This document shows positions 35,501-45,140 of a stretch of 45,140 bases of DNA, piece after piece. The first letter of the stretch is position 1. Each line of letters starts with the position of its first letter. The position numbers were made by a program, and so were the translations under genes. The notes under the pieces are model-generated. The model saw nothing but the letters and a program-made list of their open reading frames with translations. It had not been told where the DNA came from and made no database searches. Origin of the DNA: a virus (taxonomy: Duplodnaviria; Caudoviricetes). The stretch covers positions 1 to 45,140 of IMG/VR virus record IMGVR_UViG_3300047308_000103. One strand, given 5' to 3'.

Positions 35501-35712
35501 ATGACTTCTCATTGACTCTTCCACAGATCAATGCTAACTACTACCTTGCTGATAACATTCCCATCATTCGGAATGCTGAAAGCACAGTTCCTATTCTTGC
35601 CAAGGGTAATCAATTTAAATTTAGTTTGATTGCTGATGCTCCATTTCCAACAGCATTCACTTCTATCACTTGGGAAGGAACCTACAATAACAAAGGGATT
35701 CAAGTCCTTTAA
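32530..35712 (+). CDS. Tail tubular protein B (T7 gp12-like) with a large insertion
   Basis: NLVGGVSQQPD, GLAKRPG, VGDSETNPMPSF, FFKNR, DSDPID. Confidence 0.93.
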   Translation: MAAISQKLANLVGGVSQQPDTVKYSNQLRTCDNYYPDFTLGLAKRPGLQAKGKLTNAVADGTWFHIFRDDKEKYIFQFSKAGALKVWDANSGIQQTVNTVAAEAITYATHTSFDDLATLQINDYTFVLNRKVVVKENGSASPIYKPFGFVNINTVAFNTNYVITIDNTDFTHTTPNNASGNTQNSVQTIITALAALINANPDFEAIGIGNSLFIRRKNDGDFALRATGGTTGNAVEAFKAEVTSVAQLPREFFANRRIKVAGSADSEADNYWVQFVPSTYNATSGVGSWEETIAPNTVLGMDTTTLPHVVIREANGTFTYRQLDEASANISAGNTGGAATVSRTAGSTTATVTTATAHNLTTGNTIAVTEGVAVGNYSVTVLTSTTFTITTVETISLVAANFVYTFSSTAVTGVPTAVGITYAASGGHVVGEEFAATGGTGANLRLEVTKVKTVSTSNTYAASSSSYVHQVTVRTLVSNTSRFGAVYTTTITYYWYLAGAQIGQGSADRLVVGDVTYVRNGDFQNIGNELRAGITSTQSTDGVIDGIAIIQPGQGYTATNAVYNANGDAFIINTVNTKNLEGDGVRLEYWKPRAVGDSETNPMPSFVNNTIDGISFFKNRIVFSSRQNVICSQAGDYFNFFASTVITIIDSDPIDLSASSTRPIRFKYLLPVPRAGVLLFGDNAQYVLETTTEAFAPKTAEINRLSSFSLTDSISPIDVGPSYIFLEQGDKATAVYEMNIGDNVGGKPVVQELTKPLPYYIPAAIKNLKVSQSANTFAILSAQDPNAIYLYRFFNAGENRISAWFRWILPGTVESFDFDQDIMYVVIKQGSNYVLNTVSLMTETPSQSLLFEGEYLDVRLDYFDYNPTLVYKSATDTTRVCFKDGFDNSEQQPVLMYLNPAIAGYFEEQTLKYDATAPTGQKYYLEAEGNQTTSKFAIGYKYEATAELPAFYFMKKESDKDTVNIPRINRLKINSYNSGPYRALVEAEGRDDFSLTLPQINANYYLADNIPIIRNAESTVPILAKGNQFKFSLIADAPFPTAFTSITWEGTYNNKGIQVL

Positions 35713-35717
35713 CCATT

Positions 35718-36191
35718 ATGGAATCGCTGATTCAAGAAGCGAGCTGCCTGGATGCAATCTGGGTGGCTCAGCACCTACAAGAAGATGATCAAAGAGAACT
35801 AGAGGGATTAGGATTCCCTTGGATGGAAGATGCTCTTCGGTTATCTTTTGAAGTATCAGACACAGTTGTAACCTTCAGGAACCCCGTTGGAGACATCTGC
35901 GGGGTAGCGGGGGTATCCAGAACAGATGCCCATTGCGGAGCCATCTGGATGTTAACCACACCATATGTCCGACCGTACCCAAAACTATTTTTTAAGGAGG
36001 CTAAGAAATGGGTCGAACAACAGACCTCCTATGAGATGTTACATAACATTGCTGATCCAAGGAATAAGATGCACATGAAATTGCTTCATATGCTTGGGTT
36101 TAAAAAGCTTTCTTATGTAATTACTCCGACCAATCTTACTTATGTTGAATTTGCTAAATTAACAAAATGTGTACCCCAGCCATCGCCGTAG
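35718..36191 (+). CDS. Internal virion protein A (T7 gp13-like, GNAT-like)
   Basis: DQRELE, AIWML, RNKMHMKLLHMLGF; synteny. Confidence 0.8.
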   Translation: MESLIQEASCLDAIWVAQHLQEDDQRELEGLGFPWMEDALRLSFEVSDTVVTFRNPVGDICGVAGVSRTDAHCGAIWMLTTPYVRPYPKLFFKEAKKWVEQQTSYEMLHNIADPRNKMHMKLLHMLGFKKLSYVITPTNLTYVEFAKLTKCVPQPSP

Positions 36192-36748
36192 GCGCATCTC
36201 AGGCTATTATGGGTGCCGTGTCTTCTATTGCTGGTTATTCAGCCGAGAAGCAGGCAGCCAAGGAATCAGAACGTGTCTTTCAACAAGAAAGAACTAATGC
36301 TCTTAGAGGCCAAGACGTTGCCACAGAGCAGGCTCAACTTCAACTTAAAAGTGAATTTGACAAATCAGGTCAACAAGCAGAACAACTATTAGTTACCCGC
36401 CTTCAAGCCCAAGGTTCTACTCTTGCTGCTGGTAAGGCTGGCCAATCCATAGGTGGTCTTCTTACTGATGCCCAGCGTGTTGAAGGAAAAGATCTTGCTA
36501 CTCTTGGTCAGAACCTTGCTTATGCTCAACAAGATTATTTATTTCAAGCTAATTCAATCTTTACTTCTACTAAGTCAGCCATTAACCAAGCAGCTGCTCA
36601 ACGTAAGGCTATGCCTAGTGCGGGTGGATTGATTCTTGGCATTGGTCAAGCTGGCATTAGCGGTGTGACAACTGCTGTTACTCTTGGTGCTGGATCAGAG
36701 CCTGGCAAGGGTTGGAACAAAAACTTCATTCCTAAGAAGACAGGTTAA
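36167..36748 (+). CDS. Internal virion protein B (T7 gp14-like)
   Basis: MC start, hydrophobic N-terminus, A/Q-rich; synteny. Confidence 0.75.
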   Translation: MCTPAIAVGASQAIMGAVSSIAGYSAEKQAAKESERVFQQERTNALRGQDVATEQAQLQLKSEFDKSGQQAEQLLVTRLQAQGSTLAAGKAGQSIGGLLTDAQRVEGKDLATLGQNLAYAQQDYLFQANSIFTSTKSAINQAAAQRKAMPSAGGLILGIGQAGISGVTTAVTLGAGSEPGKGWNKNFIPKKTG

Positions 36749-36751
36749 CCA

Positions 36752-39700
36752 ATGGCAAGTATCTATGAATCGCAGGGACCACAAGTTCAACTTACTGGTA
36801 CCCGAACAGGTCCTTCTTTTCAAGCTGAACAGTCTTATGATCCAACTCGGATTATGGCTGTTCAATCAGAAAAAGATTTAACTGCCTTTGCTGGTTTCAG
36901 TGAAACTCTAAATAAGTTTCTTGTTGGCCGAGCAGAAGAACAAAAAAAGAATCAAATTGCTAGTGGTTTTACAAAGTTTGTTACTGGTCAGGTCACACTA
37001 AATCCAGAAGCAGTACAAAAACAAAAAGAACAAACTACCCTTTTAAAGGCTGAAGCTGATCGAGCTAGTGGCATTGCCAACGAAGCAGAGCAGACTCCTG
37101 GCATGGCTGGTATGGCTGCTAGTATTCGTACTCAGTCTCCTGCCTTACGTGGTTTTGAAGCTGTTGGTGCGGCTATTGCTGCTGCTCAAGGCGCTCCGGT
37201 TTCCCTTGGTAACTACATCAACCAAGCCCGAGCAGAGAATAGGGTCATTCAAGATCCTGAGACAGGTGGTACCATTCAACTTAGGCCCGATATGGGACGA
37301 GTTGAAGCCGAACGTGCCATGCAAATCCTCACGGGTATGTGGGGTAAGGACACTGGTTATAATACCATTAGTCCTACCATTATGATGGAACACGCTGGTG
37401 GTAATCTTGCCATCATGCGGTCCCGTCTCATGGAAGACTGGGGTAAAGAACTTGATGAAAATACCAAAGAAAATCTTCGTATTAAAAATGAAGTCAATGG
37501 TATTCAAATTCTTAATGGTGTCATTGACCAAGGGACTGCTCAATCAGCATCTGGTTCTCTTGAACAGTCATTAATTGGCAGTACTAAAGAACGCAATGAA
37601 ACCTTTAAGAATATTCTTACCAAGTCTGTCACCCAAAAGTTAGCCGCTAATGATGGGGCTGGAGCCTATGCCCTTCTTACTAATCTTGGTAATGTCCCCC
37701 ACCCTAGTGGTGTTGGTACTTACCGCACGTACCATTCGGATGTATTCCAAGCATTAGACGGTGAAGTAAGTAAAGCAGGACAAGCTAAATCTGAAGCAAT
37801 TACAAAGGAACGTCTTGGTCAGTTTACCATTGAAGCACAGCAGGCTGATAAGCTTTCTGTTGCTCAACGTAAGGAAGTCTTTGATAATCCTACGACTGGT
37901 ATCAAAGCTCGAATGAGGGCTGCGGGTATTGGTGAAGATAAGATCAACGAACTCAGCACAGGTGGAAGTACATCTTTTGAGATGGCTCTTCTTAAAGGTG
38001 CTCGCGATGGTAGCATCTTCCGAGGAAAGGGTCGCGTAACAAAGCAAATTGTTGCTGTTTGGAAAGCAGATGGCACTATTGACGCTACGGTTGCCACTCA
38101 ATTGGAGAATACTCCTGGCATTCCTGATGGTGATGATACCACTGAAAAGATATTTAAAGCTGCTCAGGACCACGCCTCAGGGCTTGTAGCTCAATGGCAG
38201 ACTAGCAGTTTTACCGCTGGTCAAGTTCCTACTGCTACACAAACAACACAGGCTGCTAGGACTCGTGATGCTGCTATGGCTATTGCCATGGAGAAGTATA
38301 AACCAAAGTTGGAACGGTGGCTTGAATCAGGCCAACCAATCAATCCAACAAGGGTTGCGGAAGAACTTGCAGCTCTTACTAGAACCGAATTAAACACACA
38401 AGGTAAACCTTATTATTGGGACCCTGTTGCTAAACAAGCTCCTAATATTAATCAACTTACCAATAAAGCACCTAACTTAAACGAGACTTTTAATACGCTT
38501 TTGCCTAAGAGTACTGTTGATGCCGTAATTAATCGCGTCAGTAGTTTGGCAATACCTATTGGTCCCGGTTCAAGTTTTGGGTTAACAGCAGATTCAATTC
38601 AAGCTGCTCAAGAAGCAGTTAATACGGGTGGACCAATTCCTACCTACATTAAGAATATTGCAAAATTTGCTGGATACACAGATCCTAATGCCTTGCTTAC
38701 TAAAGAAGCCTCCGGCATGGGAATGACGTGGACACCCAACAAAGATCAACAAACATTTTATCTGAATGCCAAATCAATTTCTCCTGCCATTGCTGACAAG
38801 CTTCGGTCTGACCTCACTCCTACCGACCGTCGGTATTGGAATTCACGACTTCAAGCCTCAAAGGAAGCTCAGCAACTACGGACACAAACTTTACCTTCAT
38901 CGCCTGGGGGAACCTATACCACTTTTCAGAACGACCTAGTTAATCGGGAAAGCGGTGGTGACTATGGACAGTATAACTTTGGTTATGGTAGAAGGGGTCC
39001 TGGTGATGCAACCATTCCTAACCTAAAGGTACGTGACATCATTCGTGGTGACTATCGTATCAATGGTCAACAGGTGGTTCATTTTGGTGCGTATCAGTTT
39101 AAAGCTGCTACCTTTGCTACTGTTGCTAAGGCTGCTGGAATTTCTATGGATGCTCCATTCAATAAGGAGACTCAAGACAAGGCATTCCGTGCGGTTGTGG
39201 TAGATGGAGCTTTGCCATGGAGAAATTCCCTTAATGATTATGTTGCTGGACGAGTGCCAGATAACGAACGTAATCTAACCAATGCTATTATGGATCTTCG
39301 TAATGAATGGTCCTCAATGAATAATCTTACGCCAGCTAAACTTGGTCAATACCTGAGGGGCATTCGCAGTGAAAAAACAATGCCATTTGATCCAAACCTT
39401 TCAATTACTCCAGCACGTACCCGTTCTGTTGAAGTAGGTAAGGTACTCCTTAATATGGGTGGTAAGATTTGGCAACATCCAAACTTTGACCTCCGTAAAG
39501 GTTATGTTGCTAGTGGTGGAGTTGTTGGCAGACATGCTGATACTTCCTTTCATTATTCTAGTCAGGCATTAGACCTGCCTTTGTCTGATAATAGTCCTAC
39601 TACCTTGGACAGTATTTATGATTACCTTTTGCGTAATTCAAAAGCATTAGGTATTAGTGAGATCTATTGGGACCGTAAAGGTTATTACCAAGATGGTAAG

Positions 39701-39769
39701 TTAATTGGTGGGCCGAGGTCCAAAGCAATTGCTAACCACGATACTCACTTACACGTATCTTTTAATTAA
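36752..39769 (+). CDS. Internal virion protein C (T7 gp15-like) with C-terminal lysozyme-like and Zn-peptidase-like domains
   Basis: Synteny; RESGGDY...GAYQF; SFHYSSQALD...HDTHLHVSF. Confidence 0.8.
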   Translation: MASIYESQGPQVQLTGTRTGPSFQAEQSYDPTRIMAVQSEKDLTAFAGFSETLNKFLVGRAEEQKKNQIASGFTKFVTGQVTLNPEAVQKQKEQTTLLKAEADRASGIANEAEQTPGMAGMAASIRTQSPALRGFEAVGAAIAAAQGAPVSLGNYINQARAENRVIQDPETGGTIQLRPDMGRVEAERAMQILTGMWGKDTGYNTISPTIMMEHAGGNLAIMRSRLMEDWGKELDENTKENLRIKNEVNGIQILNGVIDQGTAQSASGSLEQSLIGSTKERNETFKNILTKSVTQKLAANDGAGAYALLTNLGNVPHPSGVGTYRTYHSDVFQALDGEVSKAGQAKSEAITKERLGQFTIEAQQADKLSVAQRKEVFDNPTTGIKARMRAAGIGEDKINELSTGGSTSFEMALLKGARDGSIFRGKGRVTKQIVAVWKADGTIDATVATQLENTPGIPDGDDTTEKIFKAAQDHASGLVAQWQTSSFTAGQVPTATQTTQAARTRDAAMAIAMEKYKPKLERWLESGQPINPTRVAEELAALTRTELNTQGKPYYWDPVAKQAPNINQLTNKAPNLNETFNTLLPKSTVDAVINRVSSLAIPIGPGSSFGLTADSIQAAQEAVNTGGPIPTYIKNIAKFAGYTDPNALLTKEASGMGMTWTPNKDQQTFYLNAKSISPAIADKLRSDLTPTDRRYWNSRLQASKEAQQLRTQTLPSSPGGTYTTFQNDLVNRESGGDYGQYNFGYGRRGPGDATIPNLKVRDIIRGDYRINGQQVVHFGAYQFKAATFATVAKAAGISMDAPFNKETQDKAFRAVVVDGALPWRNSLNDYVAGRVPDNERNLTNAIMDLRNEWSSMNNLTPAKLGQYLRGIRSEKTMPFDPNLSITPARTRSVEVGKVLLNMGGKIWQHPNFDLRKGYVASGGVVGRHADTSFHYSSQALDLPLSDNSPTTLDSIYDYLLRNSKALGISEIYWDRKGYYQDGKLIGGPRSKAIANHDTHLHVSFN

Positions 39770-39811
39770 TGGGAATTAAAAGGGTCTTTCTTGCGGGTTA
39801 GACCCTTCCCA
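39770..39811 (+). promoter_or_regulatory. Intergenic hairpin (processing site or attenuator)
   Basis: TGGGAA...GGGTCT-loop-AGACCC-TTCCCA. Confidence 0.5.
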
Positions 39812-39851
39812 CAATCGACAAAACTTTCACCCTTGAGGGGGTATCCTTAAA

Positions 39852-42800
39852 ATGCCTAGTCTTACTGATTCGTGGGATTCTCAGTATTCATATCAGGACA
39901 CCACATCAGTTCCTGCCGCCGATACTGGTAAGACCAATGACCAAATTGAAAAAGAAAACTTAGAACGTAATACTAAAGCTGCTATTAACAAATCTAGACA
40001 GATTAAACAACAACAGCAAGCAGCTAAGGCTAAAGGTCGTACCAAGAAAAACAGGGCAACCTGGAATCCAGCAGCAGTAGCAGGCCAGGCAGTTCTTAAA
40101 ACAGCACAAGCTCCTTTTGATGCTCTTTCAAATGCTGTTAGTCCTACGGTGGCAGCAGCTGGTGAATTTGTTGACAAAAATATTTATGGTATTAAAGATA
40201 CTCAGGAACTTGCTAAACGTAAACGGCAACGCCTTGGACAACCAACACAGATTGAAAAAGCTCAAGCCGTTAAAAAAGAACAGCAACTCCGTAAGGATAT
40301 AGGTGGCAATGCTGTTAGAGAGACAGCTAAGTTTATCCTCAAGGGAACTGGTCCTGGTATCATTGAGGATTATGGTTCTCAACTAGTTAAAGCTGGTCAG
40401 GAAGGAATGGCTCGTGTAGGCGAGGTTATCGGCAAGCCTGTGGCCCCTGAACAGGACCCTAGAAGCGATAGGTACATCAAGGCTCAAATGGACTTTGGAC
40501 TCACTCCAGAGGATCCTACAATGGCCAAAGGTGCCGAACTGCTTAAGCTTATCAATGGTGCTCGTTTTCTTAATCGAGTTGCTCCAGGTGTCGGACCTGA
40601 TGCTGGTAAGATGAAACAGCTCATGCGGTCTGGTGCTCTTGATTTCTTTGCTGGCTTTATCCATGCTGATACTACCAAGAAAGGTGGTCCTACGCTTGCT
40701 ACTCGGCTTGAAGAGGCGCTTCCTCCTAACCTAAAACAGTTTGTGCCTCAAGCCCTGATGGCTGATCCAGAGTTTGATAACGAAGCCCGTTATCGGATTG
40801 CTGCTGGTCTAGAAGATATGGGTCTTGGTAAGGTGGCTGAAGCAGTTGGAGCTGCTTTTAAAGCTTTGGATATTTTCCAAATTACAAAAAGTGCAGCTTC
40901 AAAAGTATTTGGTAAGAAAACCACTGCTGAATTAGTGGATGAGTCTGTTGCCACTCTAAATAAAGAGCTTGATAAAACAGCAGCAAAAGCAGCTGGAAAG
41001 GAAGCAGAAGAATCCATCCGTTGGGATGATGTCAATCAATTGCGTAGAGATGAAGTTCTCAACAAGATTGATGATCTTAAGGCACGTCAGACTGATCCAT
41101 GGGAAGATGCTACTGAACTAAAGAAGCAACTTGATGATGCCAATGACCAACTCAAGGATATTGATAACATTATTGCTGATGGTGTCAATGGTACCCCACA
41201 GGGTTCACGCTCAACAGCTAGGGTTGAAACTGCTGCTGATGTAGGTAGGTTTGAAATTCCAGATGCTATCCTTCAGAATCGTGTTTGGATCACAGATGCT
41301 GCTACTAAGCGAGCTAACATAACAGCTGGCTGGAGATCTAAGATTGACGAAGCTCTTGCTATGGTCAATGATAAAGATATGATGGATGCTCTTTATCGTA
41401 GGTATAAGCAAAGTGAAGTTAAACAAATCCTAACAGCAATTGATAAGACTGTTCTTGATGGCTATCAGGATGTTCTTAATACTGCTAAATCACCAGAAGA
41501 AGTACGTGATGCTTTGCTTAATACCTTTCGTAATGAGGGTCAAACCTTTACTGGTGAAGTAGGAACAGAACAACTTAAGTCAAAAGCAGTTGTGGTTACC
41601 CAAGCCATGATGCGTCGTCTGTCTGAAAAGGCAGGTAACATTGGTCAGGATGCTCTTCATTCAGAAGCCAACGGAATCACAGGTGGTAATCACTTTGACC
41701 GCATGGTGGATCAGGTAGCTGGTATGGTGATGCTTCGTAAAGAGGCATGGTCACTTGAAGCTGGTCGTCGTCTTGCCCTTGGTAAGCGTTGGCAGCAAGC
41801 TATGGATGAAGTGTCTGCCGAAGGTGCTGATGAAGCAAGCAATGTCCTCACCAGTAAGATGCTGCGTAAGTGGGCTGATCACGTTAAGTACCTTATGCGT
41901 ACTGGTGATCCAGCTGCTCGTGATGAGGCACGTATGATGTCTCTTGCGATGGCATTATCTGGTGGTGATCCAGCTAAAACAATTGATTTTGCTGGTACTA
42001 TTGTTAAGTATGCGGGTAAGAAAACTCTTGGAATGTTTTACAATAACATTCTTTCGGGAACCAAAACCCTTATTCGTAACATGGCTGGTACCATGCGCCT
42101 TGTGTTATATCCAACTCAAATTGGACTTCAAGGTTTAATTGAAGGCAATGATATGTTTATCGGAGCCGCAGGTGCTGGTTATGCTGCCCTATTCAATAGT
42201 TCTCTTGAAGCTGCTCAAGTGGCTGGTAAGACCTTTAGAAGTGGTGTTCCTGCGTCTTGGAGTGCTGCATCCGTCATTAGCAAGGCAGAGTCTGATGCTA
42301 TGCTTGATGGTCTTGAGCTGGCTGCTAAGAACGACACACAGCGTATGATTGCTGGTCATCTTAGGTGGCTTGATTCATGGGCTAAATGGACGGAACTTCC
42401 AAGTCGTTTGATGATGTCATCTGATGATTATATCCGTACCGTGGCGGTGAGACAGAAGATCTCCATGGATGCGTTTAAATACGCAAGTGATAAGGGCGCT
42501 AAAGATTTTGGTATGAATCTTGAACATGCCATGATTGCTATGGGACGTGGTGTGGATAGTCGTTCTGGTCAAATCACTGACAAAGCTCTTAAGGAGTACG
42601 GTGACACCATGACCTTTACCAATGACCCAGGGTTCTATGCTAAGAAATTAGAAGAACTTGTTGGTGGTGGACCTGAAAATAAGATTCCCATTGGTCGGTT
42701 TATTATGCCGTTTATTCGGACACCAGCCAACATTATGGGGTATCAACTTTCGTTCACTCCATTGATTGGTAAGTTCATGGGTGGTTACCGCGAAGCCCTT

Positions 42801-43910
42801 AAGTCTGGTGATGAGATGGCCCTCGCGGAACTGCGTGGTAGAGAGTCCGTTGGTTCTCTCCTACTTAGCATTGGATATTCAATGGGAACCAGTGGCAATG
42901 TAACTGGTAATGCTCCATTTGATGCCAATGAGCGGGAACGTTGGAGACAACAAGGTATTCAACCTAGATCCGTTAAGATTGGAAACAAATGGGTTTCTTA
43001 TGCTTGGTTTGATCCACTGTCTAACTGGATTGCTGCTGCGGCTGATATTGGACACCTTTCTCGTTATGGAGAAATTGAAGAATTTAATCAGTTGGCTACA
43101 GCACTTACCTATGCCATTGCTGGTAGTTTTACTGAAAAAAGTTATCTTGCTAACTTAGATGGAATCTCCATTATTCTTAATCCACAAGATGGGTTTAAGA
43201 AATTGACAGGTGGTTCTAATATTCCTGGTAATCCAAATAACTTTTTGGATACTATGGAATCAGCAGGTGTCAATATGGTCAATAATTTAGTACCGTTTAC
43301 CGGTCAACGTAAAGCGTGGGCTAATGCCTCTGATCCATATTACCGTGAATATGATTCGCTGTTTCAAAAAACTCTTGCTCAGGTATGGCCTGGTATTAGC
43401 AAATTAGCTCCTTATGAACCAGACATCCTTACTGGTAAACCAATGCTACGGTCAACAGGCGGTCTTGTGAATGCTCACATTCCCTTCGAAACTCTTGAAG
43501 AGAATCAAAGTCCCGTGGCTCAGAAATTGATTGAGATGAATGTTTGGCATAAAGGAAATTTTAAATCTGCTACCACTGGTCAAATTTATACGGGTGAAGA
43601 ACGCGCACAGATTAAAGCACTGATGGCTAAAAATGGTCTTGAAAAAGCCCTTGCTAAACACTTTGAATCTAAAGAATTTAAAGCTGATGAGCAACGGTGG
43701 AAAGAAGGATCATTGACACCATCTGAAAGACTTGTAGATCCGTGGTATAAAACACGCACTACTGAAATCTTTCAAGACGCTCTTAATGCCGCCAAACAAG
43801 AAGTTGAAGCTACTAATCCTGATTTTATTAAACGTAAGAATGAATTCTTACAAAGGCAGGGTACTCAACGTGGCGGTGTTTACGATTTGATTCAGTACTC
43901 ACAACAATAG
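39852..43910 (+). CDS. Internal virion protein D (T7 gp16-like)
   Basis: 1352 aa, helical, PFIRTPANI motif; synteny. Confidence 0.82.
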   Translation: MPSLTDSWDSQYSYQDTTSVPAADTGKTNDQIEKENLERNTKAAINKSRQIKQQQQAAKAKGRTKKNRATWNPAAVAGQAVLKTAQAPFDALSNAVSPTVAAAGEFVDKNIYGIKDTQELAKRKRQRLGQPTQIEKAQAVKKEQQLRKDIGGNAVRETAKFILKGTGPGIIEDYGSQLVKAGQEGMARVGEVIGKPVAPEQDPRSDRYIKAQMDFGLTPEDPTMAKGAELLKLINGARFLNRVAPGVGPDAGKMKQLMRSGALDFFAGFIHADTTKKGGPTLATRLEEALPPNLKQFVPQALMADPEFDNEARYRIAAGLEDMGLGKVAEAVGAAFKALDIFQITKSAASKVFGKKTTAELVDESVATLNKELDKTAAKAAGKEAEESIRWDDVNQLRRDEVLNKIDDLKARQTDPWEDATELKKQLDDANDQLKDIDNIIADGVNGTPQGSRSTARVETAADVGRFEIPDAILQNRVWITDAATKRANITAGWRSKIDEALAMVNDKDMMDALYRRYKQSEVKQILTAIDKTVLDGYQDVLNTAKSPEEVRDALLNTFRNEGQTFTGEVGTEQLKSKAVVVTQAMMRRLSEKAGNIGQDALHSEANGITGGNHFDRMVDQVAGMVMLRKEAWSLEAGRRLALGKRWQQAMDEVSAEGADEASNVLTSKMLRKWADHVKYLMRTGDPAARDEARMMSLAMALSGGDPAKTIDFAGTIVKYAGKKTLGMFYNNILSGTKTLIRNMAGTMRLVLYPTQIGLQGLIEGNDMFIGAAGAGYAALFNSSLEAAQVAGKTFRSGVPASWSAASVISKAESDAMLDGLELAAKNDTQRMIAGHLRWLDSWAKWTELPSRLMMSSDDYIRTVAVRQKISMDAFKYASDKGAKDFGMNLEHAMIAMGRGVDSRSGQITDKALKEYGDTMTFTNDPGFYAKKLEELVGGGPENKIPIGRFIMPFIRTPANIMGYQLSFTPLIGKFMGGYREALKSGDEMALAELRGRESVGSLLLSIGYSMGTSGNVTGNAPFDANERERWRQQGIQPRSVKIGNKWVSYAWFDPLSNWIAAAADIGHLSRYGEIEEFNQLATALTYAIAGSFTEKSYLANLDGISIILNPQDGFKKLTGGSNIPGNPNNFLDTMESAGVNMVNNLVPFTGQRKAWANASDPYYREYDSLFQKTLAQVWPGISKLAPYEPDILTGKPMLRSTGGLVNAHIPFETLEENQSPVAQKLIEMNVWHKGNFKSATTGQIYTGEERAQIKALMAKNGLEKALAKHFESKEFKADEQRWKEGSLTPSERLVDPWYKTRTTEIFQDALNAAKQEVEATNPDFIKRKNEFLQRQGTQRGGVYDLIQYSQQ

Positions 43911-43923
43911 CAATTAACAGCTA

Positions 43924-45140
43924 ATGGCAACAACCAACAACACATATACCGGGAATGGCACTAACAAGCTGTTCACGATCACTTTCCCATACCTAGAGAC
44001 AACTGACGTAAAAGTTTACGTTAATAATAGTCTAACAACAGCATATACTTTTGCCAACGCTACCACCGTTGAGTTCACCACAGCACCTGCTAATGGTGCT
44101 CAGATTCTCATTCAACGGGAAACCTTTAACGACGCCAATAACGCTACCTTCTTTGCTGGATCTTCTATAAGAGCAGCTGATCTTAATGATAACTTTGATC
44201 AAGCCCTCTATATTCGTCAAGAACTTCAAGATACTACGTGGGACAACAATGCCCAAACCACGTATAGTACCGAAGCATGGACAAGTGTTGACACCCAGGT
44301 AGCAACCAACCAAGCAGTTGATCAACGTATTGATTACAAAATTGATACGGCCCTGACAAGTGATGTCTTTGGTTCTGATGGAGTATCCATTACGGACAAT
44401 AGCCCCGGCTCTGGACAGATCACTGTTGGTCTTAGTGCTGGTTCTGTTGATCTTGATCGCATCAAGGATGCTGACATCATCACCACAGCAGAACAAGATG
44501 CTGGTACCCCCTCTTGGGTAAGTGATGATACCAAGATTCCTACCATTGGGGCTGCTGCTAAGCGGTTTGATACCCTTGTTCAAACAAGCACACCAGTTGC
44601 CAGTAATTATCAATCAGGCAAGACCTGGCTTCAGAACGATGTTAACAAAACCCTTTCTATTTGGGATGGTTCTGCGTGGGTTGGTGTGGCATCAGGCGGC
44701 ACGTTTACCAGTCAGCCGACTGTTATCTACGTTGATGGCGTAAATGGTAACGATTCTAATGATGGTCACCGGATCATTAACCCTAAGAAAACAATTAAGA
44801 ACGCCGTAGCTTCTGCTTCTGCCGGATGGACGATCAAGGTGGCCCCAGGCGTCTACCAGGAGTCCCTGCCAATTCCAATCACCGTCGCCAACCTCTCCAT
44901 TGTTGGTGAGGCACAGCGGTCTTGTTTCATTCACCCGACCCCGGCAACTGAAACCCAGACGATGTTCCAGTGCAACTCTGGCACCTACATCGACGGGTTC
45001 ACCTTTGCGGGCCTCAAAGCTTCTGGAGTCCGTGGTGGCCATGCCATCGACAACGATGCAACCTACGGCTTGCCTGCTGCTCAGGGTTGGGTTGCTGGCT
45101 TCTATTCAGGGGCCATTATCCGTAAGAGCCCCTACATCAA
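43924..45140 (+). CDS. Tail fibre N-terminal part (T7 gp17-like anchor), continues into 3-1928
   Basis: Hand translation: MATTNNTYTGNGTNKLFTITFPYL...FFAGSSIRAADLNDNFDQALY; later YVDGVNGNDSNDG...IKVAPGVYQE beta-helix start; missing from the ORF track because it has no stop inside the window. Confidence 0.92.
   Translation, partial: MATTNNTYTGNGTNKLFTITFPYLETTDVKVYVNNSLTTAYTFANATTVEFTTAPANGAQILIQRETFNDANNATFFAGSSIRAADLNDNFDQALYIRQELQDTTWDNNAQTTYSTEAWTSVDTQVATNQAVDQRIDYKIDTALTSDVFGSDGVSITDNSPGSGQITVGLSAGSVDLDRIKDADIITTAEQDAGTPSWVSDDTKIPTIGAAAKRFDTLVQTSTPVASNYQSGKTWLQNDVNKTLSIWDGSAWVGVASGGTFTSQPTVIYVDGVNGNDSNDGHRIINPKKTIKNAVASASAGWTIKVAPGVYQESLPIPITVANLSIVGEAQRSCFIHPTPATETQTMFQCNSGTYIDGFTFAGLKASGVRGGHAIDNDATYGLPAAQGWVAGFYSGAIIRKSPYI
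45014..45140. repeat. Second copy of the 127-nt assembly overlap
   Basis: Identical to 1-127. Confidence 0.97.

Overview
The window is a complete, circularly permuted genome (45,013 bp plus a 127-nt assembly overlap) of a T7-like cyanopodovirus (Autographiviridae-type; host probably a picocyanobacterium). All credible genes lie on the + strand. In biological order it holds: a non-coding control/terminus region (~11.5-12.07 kb); small early genes with a C5-methyltransferase-like gene; single-subunit RNAP; SSB, endonuclease I, primase-helicase, PolA and exonuclease; DUF3310, MazG and a compact class I RNR alpha/beta pair; portal, scaffold, capsid, tail tubes and internal virion proteins; a tail fibre split across the contig ends; a lysis module; TerS, a cluster of very basic proteins, two HNH nucleases, TerL, an AT-rich structured spacer and ThyX. 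I saw no integrase, repressor, psbA/hli, tRNA or CRISPR array. The most interesting signal is the ~300 bp ahead of the first early gene. It carries near-consensus cyanobacterial host-regulator sites (an RpaB/HLR1 light-redox box and two LexA boxes), a recurring 17-mer and arm-site-like repeats, which suggests a host-state-sensing switch in an apparently lytic, repressor-less phage. All assignments are by eye from motifs and synteny; no database searches were run.
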